Shown: piece after piece, positions 37,166-46,370 of the stretch | Position numbering within the stretch: position 1 is the first letter of the stretch | Layout of the letters: the number at the start of each line of letters is the position of its first letter | NCBI GenBank assembly: GCA_040383345.1 | Contig: JBEIDU010000003.1 | Location: 8,336 to 72,335, forward strand | Direction of reading: 5' to 3' | Origin: Chitinophagales bacterium | GTDB lineage: Bacteria > Bacteroidota > Bacteroidia > Chitinophagales > JADJOU01 | Length of the DNA: 64,000 nt | Program-made: the position numbers and the translations under genes | The notes under the pieces: generated by a model | The model's database searches: none | Seen by the model: the letters and a program-made list of their open reading frames with translations, nothing else | Told to the model about the DNA's origin: nothing

Positions 37166-38023
37166 ATGAAGCATATAATTGTAACGGGAGGAAATGGACA
37201 ACTAGGCAGCGAAATCAAAGAATTGGCGCCTCAATTAAAAGATTATACCTTCCATTTTTTTGACTTTCAGGAATGGGATATTACCGATGAATCCAAAAGT
37301 TTGGAATTATTTGAAAAAATTCAACCCAGTTTTCTTATTAATTGTGCTGCGTATACCGCTGTAGATAAAGCAGAAACGGATGTAGAAAATGCCAATAAAA
37401 TCAATGGGGATTGTATCGCAATGCATAGCCGCGTTTGCAATCAATTTGCAACACATTTTATTCATGTTTCTACCGATTTTATATTTGATGGCAAAAAATC
37501 AGAGCCTTATATCGAATCCGATACGCCCAATCCCATTTCTATCTATGGAAGTAGCAAGTTATTAGGCGAAAAATTATTGCAGGAAAATGCGCAGTCTTAT
37601 ACTATTCTGCGAACATCTTGGGTTTATAGCCGTTTTGGAAATAATTTTGTAAAAACGATGATGAAATATGGCAGAGAGCGCGGTGCGTTGAGCGTTGTTT
37701 TTGACCAAATTGGCACGCCTACTTATGCGGCAGATCTGGCGGCGGCTATTGTTTTTCATTTAGACCAATGGGTGGCTCATAAAAACAATGTGTATCATTT
37801 CTCCAACGAAGGGGTGGCGAGCTGGTACGATTTTGCATTTGAAATTTTCCAGCAAAAAAATATTGCTTGTAAGGTTACACCTATTTTGGCGGTAGCCTAT
37901 CCTACTCCTGCCGATAGACCCAAGTATAGCGTCATGAATAAGGAGAAAATCAAAAAAGAAATAGGAATAGAAATTGCTCATTGGAAAGAAAGCTTGCATA
38001 GATGTCTTCAATTTTTAGATTAA
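37166..38023 (+). CDS. rfbD: dTDP-4-dehydrorhamnose reductase
   Basis: 285 aa. It has VTGGNGQLG, CAAYTAVDKAE, STDFIFDG and YGSSK. Confidence 0.95.
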   Translation: MKHIIVTGGNGQLGSEIKELAPQLKDYTFHFFDFQEWDITDESKSLELFEKIQPSFLINCAAYTAVDKAETDVENANKINGDCIAMHSRVCNQFATHFIHVSTDFIFDGKKSEPYIESDTPNPISIYGSSKLLGEKLLQENAQSYTILRTSWVYSRFGNNFVKTMMKYGRERGALSVVFDQIGTPTYAADLAAAIVFHLDQWVAHKNNVYHFSNEGVASWYDFAFEIFQQKNIACKVTPILAVAYPTPADRPKYSVMNKEKIKKEIGIEIAHWKESLHRCLQFLD

Positions 38024-38814
38024 GCGATAGCGAAATAAACGCTATGTCCGCAATGCTAAAACAAGCAGGCGAGGCAGTTTTGGAAATATACAATCGTGTA
38101 GATAATGGCTGTGAATACAAAAAAGATGGCTCACCCATAACGCTTGCCGATACACTTTCTAATCAATATATTTGTGAGTTTTTGGAAAAATCCTTTTCAT
38201 TTCCTATCATTAGCGAAGAAAATAAAGAGCTAGATTATACCATTCGCCGTCAATATGAATATGTATGGCTAGTAGACCCTTTGGATGGCACCAAAGAATT
38301 TGTGAATAAACGCGATGAGTTTACGCTCAATATCGCACTTGTGCTTAATGGCGAACCTATTTTTGGGATGATATATGTGCCTGTATTTCAAGAGCTTTTT
38401 TATGCCCAAAAAGGGGAGGGCTGTTTTTTTGAAAAAGCAGATGTCCGCGAAAAGTTGTTTTCAGCATCCAAAGTAGCTCAAAAAGGTAACAAACTAGAAG
38501 CCCTGTCTAACGATAAAATTGTGTTGGCGTTGTCCAAATCGCACCAAAAATCATTTCAACAATCCGATTTTTTTGAATCTTCGGAAAATATTCACTTTCA
38601 AACGATTGAAATGGGTAGTTCCTTGAAATTTTGTAGATTGGCACAAGGCGAAATAGATGTATATATTCGCAATGCGCCTACAATGGAATGGGACACGGCG
38701 GCAGGGCAAATTATTGCTGCTGAAGCTGGTAAAAAAGTGCTGAATTTTGAATCCTTTGAGCCTTTGATTTATAATAAATCCAATCTGTTAAATCCTTTTT
38801 TTATTGCTTTTTAA
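38002..38814 (+). CDS. cysQ: 3'(2'),5'-bisphosphate nucleotidase (inositol monophosphatase superfamily)
   Basis: 270 aa. IMPase motifs SEE, WLVDPLDGTKEF and WDTAAG. ATG 38002 overlaps rfbD by 22 nt; ATG 38044 is an alternative start. Confidence 0.82.
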   Translation: MSSIFRLSDSEINAMSAMLKQAGEAVLEIYNRVDNGCEYKKDGSPITLADTLSNQYICEFLEKSFSFPIISEENKELDYTIRRQYEYVWLVDPLDGTKEFVNKRDEFTLNIALVLNGEPIFGMIYVPVFQELFYAQKGEGCFFEKADVREKLFSASKVAQKGNKLEALSNDKIVLALSKSHQKSFQQSDFFESSENIHFQTIEMGSSLKFCRLAQGEIDVYIRNAPTMEWDTAAGQIIAAEAGKKVLNFESFEPLIYNKSNLLNPFFIAF

Positions 38815-38832
38815 TTTTTTAAAATTCTTTTT

Positions 38833-40527
38833 ATGAATAAATTTATATTCGCATTTTTTTTAATCCTATTTTATAGTTCTAATGTAAAGGCACAAGGAAC
38901 ATTTACAACCAATAACGAAGAAATGGAGCGTATTGTAGACCGATGGGAAATCAAGAATAAAGCCTTTTATAGAAATTTTAATACAGGCGTAAAACCCTAT
39001 AGCAAAATGGGTATTGCGACTTCAATGGATAGTTTTTCCAACGGTCTAGATAAGTCTAAAGTGGATGCTTTTGAATTGAAGTATATGGATGAAGAAAATA
39101 TGGGCACAAGTGATAAAATAGTTGCAACAAAAAAGGGAATTTTTAATTTGTTTTACAAAAGAGAAGCTGCTTTTTTAGAAGGATATGATAAGGGATTTTA
39201 CCTAAAAGTTAATCCTATTTTGGAACTGAAATATGGAAAAGAAAAAGGCAACGACAATTCGTTGTACAAAAATTCGAGAGGATTGGAAGCGCAAGGACGC
39301 ATTGGAGAAAAAGTTAGCTTCTATTTTCAACTGACCGAAAATCAGATGCGACCGATGCAGTATGTTTCGGATTTTAGTCGTGGCAATTTTGGTCAAAACA
39401 ACTATAATTTTAATCCAGGCTTTGGGTATTGGAAAGAATTTGGGACGAATGGGTTTGATTATTCCAATTCATTGGGATATATTGATATTGCCGCATCCAA
39501 AAATATCGCTATTTCATTGGGACACGATAGAAATTTTTATGGCTATGGCTATCGTTCCTTGCTTTTGAGCGATAATTCGGCACCTGCTTTTTTTCTGAAA
39601 GCCAACGTTAATATATGGAAATTTCACTACCAAGTCCTTTTCAATCAACTGACTGGTCAATATGTGCGAGGAGGCGATGCGTTATTGCCCAAAAAATATG
39701 CGGCATTTCATCTCTTGACATATAAAGCGAATAAAAATTTGGATATTGCATTGTTTGAAGGGGTTGTGTTCAACCGAAATGATGGTTTTGATTTGAATTA
39801 TTTGAATCCTGTAATTTTTTATAGAAGCATTGAGTATGCTCAGGGAAGCGCGGATAACTCCTTGATGGGAGCGCAATTCAAGCAAAATATTAAAAATACG
39901 GCTCAAGTATATGGACAATTGATTTTGGATGATATGCAAGTGAAAGAATTTTTGAAAAGTTCGGGCTGGTGGGCCAATAAATATGGCATACAGCTAGGTG
40001 CAAAATATATGGATGTAGCTAAAATCAAAAATTTAGATGCACAGATAGAGTTCAATATGGTTCGTCCCTATACGTATTCACATTACAATATTTCGTATGG
40101 TGGCGATACAATGGCTAATTATACAAATTATAATCAAGCACTTGCACATCCTTTAGGCGCTAATTTTACCGAATTTATGTTTAAAATTAGATACAGCCCA
40201 ATTCCTAAGTTAAATATGGAATTGAAATATTTTGTGATAAATAAAGGATTGGATAGTGGTACACAATTGTTTGGAAATGATATATTTGCAAATACAAATA
40301 CCAATAACATACCTAATAGTTTTGGGGTAAGACAAAATCAAGGATTTAATAATAATATCAATATCCTTGCCTTAAATGCTTCGTATCAAATATGGCACAA
40401 TGTATTTTTGGAGATGGATATGATTTATAGAAATTCAAAATTTGAAAATCCAAGTTTGAACCAATCCACGGTAGGCGTTCAAGCGGGAATCCGAGCCAAT
40501 CTTAGACGTAGAGAGCAGCTATACTAG
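38833..40527 (+). CDS. outer-membrane beta-barrel protein, probably capsule-assembly Wzi family
   Basis: 564 aa. Signal peptide, aromatic-rich beta-barrel pattern, and a position at the end of an rfb/cpsB-type cluster. The family call rests on context and recollection and needs an HMM search. Confidence 0.5.
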   Translation: MNKFIFAFFLILFYSSNVKAQGTFTTNNEEMERIVDRWEIKNKAFYRNFNTGVKPYSKMGIATSMDSFSNGLDKSKVDAFELKYMDEENMGTSDKIVATKKGIFNLFYKREAAFLEGYDKGFYLKVNPILELKYGKEKGNDNSLYKNSRGLEAQGRIGEKVSFYFQLTENQMRPMQYVSDFSRGNFGQNNYNFNPGFGYWKEFGTNGFDYSNSLGYIDIAASKNIAISLGHDRNFYGYGYRSLLLSDNSAPAFFLKANVNIWKFHYQVLFNQLTGQYVRGGDALLPKKYAAFHLLTYKANKNLDIALFEGVVFNRNDGFDLNYLNPVIFYRSIEYAQGSADNSLMGAQFKQNIKNTAQVYGQLILDDMQVKEFLKSSGWWANKYGIQLGAKYMDVAKIKNLDAQIEFNMVRPYTYSHYNISYGGDTMANYTNYNQALAHPLGANFTEFMFKIRYSPIPKLNMELKYFVINKGLDSGTQLFGNDIFANTNTNNIPNSFGVRQNQGFNNNINILALNASYQIWHNVFLEMDMIYRNSKFENPSLNQSTVGVQAGIRANLRRREQLY

Positions 40528-40946
40528 TCTACTCTATACCAATATTGCGTTCTGCCTATTAAGGAAAAACCAATAAAGCCTCTCAGTTTTAGCTTGTCTT
40601 TTCCTTCTAACGAAAATTTGCAGCTATATTCTTTGCCCGATTTAGGGTCTACGATAGTGCCATCTACCCATTCATCACCCTCTTTTTTCATTTTCGACAT
40701 AATTTCTAGCCCTATCAAAGGTTTGTTTTTAAGCGCACCTTTGCAATTTTTGCATTCATCGTGGTCCACTTTTGTCAATAACTTGATAATTTTGCCATAC
40801 AATAAGCCATTTTTTTCATAAATCTGAACATAGGATTTGGCTTGTTTGGTTTCGTCATCTATGGTTTTCCACGTACCTATTGGACTTTGTGCATTTGCTA
40901 TAAAACAAATGAAAAATAAACTAAAAAGCAAACTACATTTTTTCAT
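40524..40946 (-). CDS. DUF2147 domain protein (secreted)
   Basis: 140 aa. Signal peptide, then GTWKTIDDETKQAKSYVQIYEKNGLLYGKI and GTIVDPKSGKEYSCK, as in DUF2147. Confidence 0.82.
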   Translation of the reverse strand: MKKCSLLFSLFFICFIANAQSPIGTWKTIDDETKQAKSYVQIYEKNGLLYGKIIKLLTKVDHDECKNCKGALKNKPLIGLEIMSKMKKEGDEWVDGTIVDPKSGKEYSCKFSLEGKDKLKLRGFIGFSLIGRTQYWYRVD

Positions 40947-40973
40947 ACTTTATTTTTTTTGGTTAATTCGTCC

Positions 40974-40981
40974 CAAAAATA
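40974..40981 (-). promoter_or_regulatory. -7 promoter box for the DUF2147 gene
   Basis: Plus-strand caaaaata is TATTTTTG on the minus strand, 27 nt upstream of the start at 40946. Confidence 0.55.
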
Positions 40982-40999
40982 ATGATTTTTAATGAAAAA

Positions 41000-41275
41000 T
41001 CAATCAATTATTTCCAATTCATAGGTTTGTGTTCCATAAGCCTGAATATTGCAAGCACCTGTTTTGAAATTAAAACGGTATTCGTGAAGTGGACAAAGGA
41101 TTTCGTCGTTGCAGATTTTACCTATTCCTAGGCTAGCGCCTTTATGTGGACAAAGATTGTCTATCGCAAAGAATTGTTCATTTTGGTTGATGATACAAAT
41201 TTCTTTTTCTCCTATAAATACTATTGAGGTATCACCATCTTTAGGTAATTTTTTACGTGCTACTTTTATGATCAT
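41000..41275 (-). CDS. mini Rieske [2Fe-2S] protein (NirD-like small subunit fold)
   Basis: 91 aa with both Rieske ligand boxes, CPHKG (CxH) and CPLHEYRF (CxxH). Confidence 0.8.
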   Translation of the reverse strand: MIIKVARKKLPKDGDTSIVFIGEKEICIINQNEQFFAIDNLCPHKGASLGIGKICNDEILCPLHEYRFNFKTGACNIQAYGTQTYELEIID

Positions 41276-41321
41276 TTACTAGTGCTACTTTTAAATTTTA
41301 GTTTGAGCTTATTTGTCATAA

Positions 41322-41329
41322 CAAAAATA
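41322..41329 (-). promoter_or_regulatory. -7 promoter box for the mini-Rieske gene
   Basis: Plus-strand caaaaata is TATTTTTG on the minus strand, 46 nt upstream of the start at 41275. Confidence 0.5.
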
Positions 41330-41369
41330 CGTTTTCCAACTTTTGTGGGGTTAAAAAATATTAAAACTG

Positions 41370-41377
41370 TATTTTTG
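41370..41377 (+). promoter_or_regulatory. -7 promoter box for the GT4 glycosyltransferase
   Basis: TATTTTTG, 24 nt upstream of TTG 41402. It lies inside the longer ORF-track reading frame. Confidence 0.55.
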
Positions 41378-41401
41378 TTGAAGTTTAAAATTCTTGTTCT
41401 T

Positions 41402-42508
41402 TTGAAAATAGTATTAGTAGGTACAGCAAATCCATATAGAGGCGGGGGTATTTCCACTTTCAACGAACGATTAGCTCTAGAATTAAAACAAATGGGGCAT
41501 GAGATTATTATATATAATTTTATCTTGCAATATCCTGATTTTTTGTTCCCAGGTACATCGCAGTATGCGGATACTCCTCGAAAAGATGAAGTATCTAATT
41601 ATAGAAAAGTCAATTCTATTAATCCTTTCAATTGGATTAATATGGGCCTAGAATTAAAAAAAATGCGTCCTGATTTGTTATTGTTTCGCTTTTGGACACC
41701 TTTTATGGGGCCTTGTTTTGGGACAATAGCGCATATCGCAAAAAAAAATGGGCATACCAAGGTACATGCTTTGATAGATAATGCAATACCTCATGAGGCA
41801 AATTTTTCGGATAAGATATTTTCAAAATATTTTTATAGTGCTGTAGATAAGTTTGTCGCTATTTCAAAAAAAGTGAAATCTCAATTGAAGGAACAAACTT
41901 CAAAAGAGGTCATTTATAGTCCGCATCCTATTTACGATATTTATGGCGATAAGGTAGATAAAAAAATAGCTAGAGATTATTTTCAACTTAATTTGGACCA
42001 AAAAGTAATCTTATTTTTTGGATTTATAAGAGATTACAAAGGATTGGATTTATTGATAGAATCGATCAAATTACATCCCGATATCAAACTTATTGTAGCA
42101 GGGGAGTTTTATATTCATTCCAAGCCCTATTTTGATTTAGCAGAAAAATTATGCGTTTCTAATCAAATTTTATGGAAAAATCAGTTTATCCCAGACGATG
42201 AAATAAAATATTATTTCTCAGCTGCCGATGTAGTGATTTTACCTTATAAAAATGCCACGCAAAGTGGAATTACTCAAATAGCGTATCATTTCAATACACC
42301 TATGATTGCTACTAATGTAGGAGGATTAGAAGATTTTGTGAAAGATGGGGAAGTCGGATTTTTGGTGAATCCCGATTCAGAATCTATTGCAAAAGGAATT
42401 AATCGTTTTTATAATGAAGCTAAAGAAATTGAATTTTCGGAAAATGTCAAAATTGCCAAAAAAGCCTTTGACTGGAATGTATTAGCTTCAAAAATTATTA
42501 CAATTTAA
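41402..42508 (+). CDS. glycosyltransferase family 4 (GT-B)
   Basis: With a TTG start at 41402 the protein begins MKIVLVGTANPYRGGGISTFNERLA. The C-terminal EX7E-type block is ATQSGITQIAYHFNTPMIATNVGGLEDFV. The ORF-track start 41282 lies upstream of the -7 box at 41370-41377. Confidence 0.82.
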   Translation: MKIVLVGTANPYRGGGISTFNERLALELKQMGHEIIIYNFILQYPDFLFPGTSQYADTPRKDEVSNYRKVNSINPFNWINMGLELKKMRPDLLLFRFWTPFMGPCFGTIAHIAKKNGHTKVHALIDNAIPHEANFSDKIFSKYFYSAVDKFVAISKKVKSQLKEQTSKEVIYSPHPIYDIYGDKVDKKIARDYFQLNLDQKVILFFGFIRDYKGLDLLIESIKLHPDIKLIVAGEFYIHSKPYFDLAEKLCVSNQILWKNQFIPDDEIKYYFSAADVVILPYKNATQSGITQIAYHFNTPMIATNVGGLEDFVKDGEVGFLVNPDSESIAKGINRFYNEAKEIEFSENVKIAKKAFDWNVLASKIITI

Positions 42509-44684
42509 ATGATATCGATACTTGTAAATTTCTCCCCAATCCACTAATCCCACTCATATAATTTCTGTAATGTGAATCAAAGATATTGTTCAATGTAAGA
42601 TTGGCATGAATATGCTTGTTGAATTTGTATCCACAAGATAAATTGAGTATAAAAAACTCGGGTGTACCCATAATGTTATTGTTTTCAATTGCTGCAAAAC
42701 TATTTATCATTTCATTATTTGGGTTATAAAAACTAATGGGTTTTGCGCCATTATAATTGACCCAAAAATGTGTCGATAATTTTCCTTGCTGTCCTTTAAT
42801 TCCTATATTGCCATAAATTGGTGGTATGTCGTCAAGATATAATTGAGTATCTTTTTGTACGCCGTAATTATAATGAATTGAAAAATACCCCATCCATTGT
42901 TTTGAAAAATGATAACGTGCATCGATATCGGCACCCAAAACATAGCTTTCAGCTATATTGGCTCGTGTATATACTTTGTACGTTTCGTCCAAAGTAATTT
43001 GATTGAAGCTATCTAGAGCTTTAGTTCCTATTTTATTATGATACAAATATACATAAGGCGCTATTTGAAGCTCAAGCATATCATCAAATTTTCGATAAAA
43101 ATGCCCTTCAATTCCAAGGATATTTTCATTTTTTAGATTCTCGTTTGGAACTAAAATTGTTGTAGAGAGTGGGTTGGAAATGTTAAATCCATCAGGCATT
43201 CTGGAGCTGAGAAAAGCTGTAGCAGCATAATTATTGTTTTCACAAGAATGTCTTGTCCAAGAGATTTGAGCATTGTATGAAGTATTAAAAATGCTTAGAT
43301 TTTCATTACTAGTATTGCTAAAAGGAGCAATATTTTTGTAATAATATTGAAGTCTTTGAATCCCAAGATTTACCCCTGCAAAAAGAGCCGTTTTATCATC
43401 TATTCGATGTTCAATTTTTAGGTAAGACATCGAATTAATAGTAGCTGGACTCAATTCAGGGCTTGAAATGTTAAAGAAATTTGAGTATAATGATTTAGAT
43501 GTGTCAGATATTTTTGAATTGGAATTAGAGGTACTATTTACGGTCTCTAACTTAGCATTCAACCCATAAAACAAGACCCATTTCCAGTTGAAATTTTTAT
43601 GAGCGTCTATATTCAGTTCCAATTTTGAAGTGTTAAAAGCTATGGATTTTTCAAAAGGACTTTGATATTTTCGGAAAAAAGTAGATTGTGATAGTGTTGA
43701 ATATCCAAGATTGATATTTAATTTGGAAAATAAATATTGTTTTTTATGGAATTGAAAGCCTAAAGTACTTGCAAATAAAGAAATATTATCGCTATTTGTA
43801 GCAAAAAATTGAAAAGCCTCCTTGTTTTGAGTTGAATGCGTTTGGGTAGCATCTTCAAGTCGGCTGAAATAAAGGCCTAGCATTACATTGCTTTCATTGC
43901 CAAATTTAAGTGTAGATTGATTTCCCACTTGAAATAGTTTGAAATGAGACTGTGAAATAGTATTAGGATTCGATGAATTTTTATAAATATCTTGTTTAGT
44001 ATTATCTTGCCAAAGCACCATTCCAAGCTCTTGTCCCCATGTATTGTTTTTGTCATTGTGTTTTTGACCAATTTCATAAGCTCGTGGACAATAAGCCGAA
44101 AACTGAAATTTTGTTCTAATTTTTGAATTCGAAAATCCAAAAGATATCTTGGGCGTCAACGCATTTGTATTAGTATTGAAATGAAGTGCTCCCTTTACAA
44201 ATCCCGTTTTCGTAGTAGTAAAATTATCTCTGTCCGAAATAAAATTTATTCCACCACCTATTGCATTGCCTCCATAATGAATGCTATTATTTCCATACAA
44301 AAGCTCAATTTTATCAAAATTCGTGGCATCTATTAAGTTTAATAATAAGCTATTGTCATAATTTGAGAAATTTAAAGAAATCCCATCGATTGAAGTCACA
44401 ATCTGATTTTGTCCAAATCCTCTTGAATATATTTGACTATGAAAAGGACTCGTTTGTGTGGTATAAAAATGACTGTATTTTTCCAAAATAGTCTTCGTGA
44501 GTCCTTGTTCGGCAAATGAAAAAGAGTCTTGGATAAGGGTATGTGTTTTATGTGAAATTTCCCCTCGAGTTTGTTCCTTTTTTTGAAATGAAAAAATGGC
44601 ATCACGCATCAAATAGGGCTCAACCTGAGCAGAAAGATAAAAAGTAAATATTTGGAATAAAAAAAATAAACTTTTTTGACCCAC
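42498..44684 (-). CDS. TonB-dependent receptor
   Basis: 728 aa with a GTG start and a signal peptide. A plug domain (IYSRGFGQNQIVTSIDGISLN...ELLYGNNSIHYGGNAIGGGINF) is followed by a long beta-barrel with a C-terminal strand ...NLQVSISFKL. Confidence 0.85.
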   Translation of the reverse strand: MGQKSLFFLFQIFTFYLSAQVEPYLMRDAIFSFQKKEQTRGEISHKTHTLIQDSFSFAEQGLTKTILEKYSHFYTTQTSPFHSQIYSRGFGQNQIVTSIDGISLNFSNYDNSLLLNLIDATNFDKIELLYGNNSIHYGGNAIGGGINFISDRDNFTTTKTGFVKGALHFNTNTNALTPKISFGFSNSKIRTKFQFSAYCPRAYEIGQKHNDKNNTWGQELGMVLWQDNTKQDIYKNSSNPNTISQSHFKLFQVGNQSTLKFGNESNVMLGLYFSRLEDATQTHSTQNKEAFQFFATNSDNISLFASTLGFQFHKKQYLFSKLNINLGYSTLSQSTFFRKYQSPFEKSIAFNTSKLELNIDAHKNFNWKWVLFYGLNAKLETVNSTSNSNSKISDTSKSLYSNFFNISSPELSPATINSMSYLKIEHRIDDKTALFAGVNLGIQRLQYYYKNIAPFSNTSNENLSIFNTSYNAQISWTRHSCENNNYAATAFLSSRMPDGFNISNPLSTTILVPNENLKNENILGIEGHFYRKFDDMLELQIAPYVYLYHNKIGTKALDSFNQITLDETYKVYTRANIAESYVLGADIDARYHFSKQWMGYFSIHYNYGVQKDTQLYLDDIPPIYGNIGIKGQQGKLSTHFWVNYNGAKPISFYNPNNEMINSFAAIENNNIMGTPEFFILNLSCGYKFNKHIHANLTLNNIFDSHYRNYMSGISGLGRNLQVSISFKL

Positions 44685-44687
44685 AAA

Positions 44688-45296
44688 TTATATTTTGATA
44701 AGTGAATACCCAAAAGACAAATACAATGTATTCATATTGCCATTGAAGAATTCATTACCATTATTTAAGATGGCTTTATAGTTTAATTTTTGCATAGATC
44801 GCATATAACGCACATCTAATTGCCAACGCTTGGCTATATTTAACCCCAAACCTGCTTGTAGCCCCCAATTTAAATTATCCTTATTTAGCGTAAGGTCAAA
44901 TACGCCTTCATTTTTTTGTATAGCCTCATTTATTTGTTTAAAAGCATATGGTCCTGCTTGAATTCGAAGGGTGCCTATTTTGTATCCTACCATCAAAGAA
45001 CCCGTGAGTGTCCCCAATCCAAAACCATCAGAAACAGTATTTGGGGATTTGTATAAATCTATAGATGTTCTATTGAAGATATATATGATTTCAGGTTGAA
45101 TGAAGAGCCCTCCAATTTTTACACGTGAGAAAATTCCAAAATTATAACCTATTTTACTATCTGCATTAGGCATACTATCTGCATTGCTGATGCCAAAATT
45201 TGAAAGATTGATTCCTGCGCAAGGTCCTAAAACAAATTGTTGTGAAATAGATACTTGGCTAATTGCCAGGAGAATGATTAAAATATATTTTTTCAT
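44688..45296 (-). CDS. small outer-membrane beta-barrel (porin-family, OMP_b-brl_2-like) protein
   Basis: From ATG 45296 the protein starts MKKYILIILLAISQVSISQQ (signal peptide). It has ~8 amphipathic strands and ends ...LYLSFGYSLIKI. The ORF-track TTG start at 45359 is unlikely. The gene ends 3 nt upstream of the TonB-dependent receptor gene. Confidence 0.7.
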   Translation of the reverse strand: MKKYILIILLAISQVSISQQFVLGPCAGINLSNFGISNADSMPNADSKIGYNFGIFSRVKIGGLFIQPEIIYIFNRTSIDLYKSPNTVSDGFGLGTLTGSLMVGYKIGTLRIQAGPYAFKQINEAIQKNEGVFDLTLNKDNLNWGLQAGLGLNIAKRWQLDVRYMRSMQKLNYKAILNNGNEFFNGNMNTLYLSFGYSLIKI

Positions 45297-45305
45297 AATT
45301 ATGCG

Positions 45306-45313
45306 CAAAAATA
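45306..45313 (-). promoter_or_regulatory. -7 promoter box for the small beta-barrel / TonB-dependent receptor unit
   Basis: Plus-strand caaaaata is TATTTTTG on the minus strand, 9 nt upstream of ATG 45296 (very short leader). Confidence 0.5.
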
Positions 45314-45366
45314 TTATATTTTTCTCAATAAAGCAAATCTCTGAACAAGAAGTTAACAATTTTTAC

Positions 45367-45374
45367 TACTTTTG
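45367..45374 (+). promoter_or_regulatory. -7 promoter box for metF
   Basis: TACTTTTG ends 1 nt before ATG 45376 and 22 nt before GTG 45397. Confidence 0.55.
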
Positions 45375-45396
45375 CATGGTTTTAATCAGATTTGAA

Positions 45397-46347
45397 GTGA
45401 AAATAGTAGATAAATTAGAAAAGGCTAATGGAAAAACGCTTTTTTCATTAGAGATTCTTCCCCCACAAAAAGGAAAAAAAATCAATGATTTGTTTAACGT
45501 ATTGGACCCTTTAATGGAATTCAATCCTGCCTTTATAGATGTAACTTATCATCCCGAAGAAATGATTTATAAGAGAAGAGCGGATGGATTGATTGAAGAA
45601 GCTCCTTTGCGAAAAAGACCTGGAACAGTGGGTATTTGTGCGGCTATTTCTTATAAATATGATATAGAAACGGTACCTCATCTTGTATGTATTGGCTTCT
45701 CAAAAGAAGAGACCGAAGATGCATTGTTTTCATTGTATTATCAAGGTATTGAGAATGTTTTACTTCTAAAAGGGGATTCAAAAAATCAAGTGCAAATAGA
45801 AAAATTTAATTGTCATAAATACGCCAGTGAATTGGTAGCTCAGGTATCGAATATGAATAAAGGAACTTTTCTACACGAAGAGACTTTAAATGAAATGGAA
45901 ACGGACTTTTGTATAGGTGTAGCAGGCTATCCCGAAAAACACTTTGAGGCACCCAATTTAAATACGGATTTGAAATGGCTTAAACATAAAGTAGATTTAG
46001 GAGCAGAATATATTGTAACTCAAATGTTTTTTGATAATAAAAAGTATTTTGATTTTGTAGATAAGTGCCGAAAAATGGGGATTAATGTCCCAATTATTCC
46101 AGGACTGAAACCTTTGGACGCCAAGCATCAATTGAAAACCTTGCCTTCACGATTTTTTATAGAATTGCCTGAACCACTTACTAAAGAAATTGAGAAGTGC
46201 ACAAATAAAGCGGATCTAATGCAAGTAGGCATAGATTGGTGTATTGAGCAGTCCAAAGAATTGAAAGCGGCGGGAGTTCCATCGCTTCACTATTATACGA
46301 TGAGTAGGAGTGAAAGTATTGTGAAAATAGCTAAATCTGTTTTTTAA
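45397..46347 (+). CDS. metF: methylenetetrahydrofolate reductase [NAD(P)H]
   Basis: Motifs are LFSLEILPP, FIDVTYH and GVAGYPEKH. The ORF is open from 45184, but the -7 box at 45367-45374 puts the TSS after ATG 45376. GTG 45397 gives MKIVDKLEKANGKTLFSLEILPP. Confidence 0.9.
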   Translation: MKIVDKLEKANGKTLFSLEILPPQKGKKINDLFNVLDPLMEFNPAFIDVTYHPEEMIYKRRADGLIEEAPLRKRPGTVGICAAISYKYDIETVPHLVCIGFSKEETEDALFSLYYQGIENVLLLKGDSKNQVQIEKFNCHKYASELVAQVSNMNKGTFLHEETLNEMETDFCIGVAGYPEKHFEAPNLNTDLKWLKHKVDLGAEYIVTQMFFDNKKYFDFVDKCRKMGINVPIIPGLKPLDAKHQLKTLPSRFFIELPEPLTKEIEKCTNKADLMQVGIDWCIEQSKELKAAGVPSLHYYTMSRSESIVKIAKSVF

Positions 46348-46370
46348 AACCTATTTGTAATATATTTGAT

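Noticed and set aside
40524-40527. Convergent genes share the palindrome CTAG as both stop codons. Similar convergent overlaps occur at 32287-32292 (permease/mntH) and 42498-42508 (GT4/TonB receptor).
   Set aside because: This is real but simply reflects genome compaction. No terminator or regulatory structure is associated with these overlaps.
45297-45396. Possible riboswitches upstream of metF (SAM/THF), mntH (33496-33559, Mn) and the TonB-dependent receptor unit (cobalamin).
   Set aside because: The predicted leaders are only about 5-30 nt, far too short for any known riboswitch aptamer.
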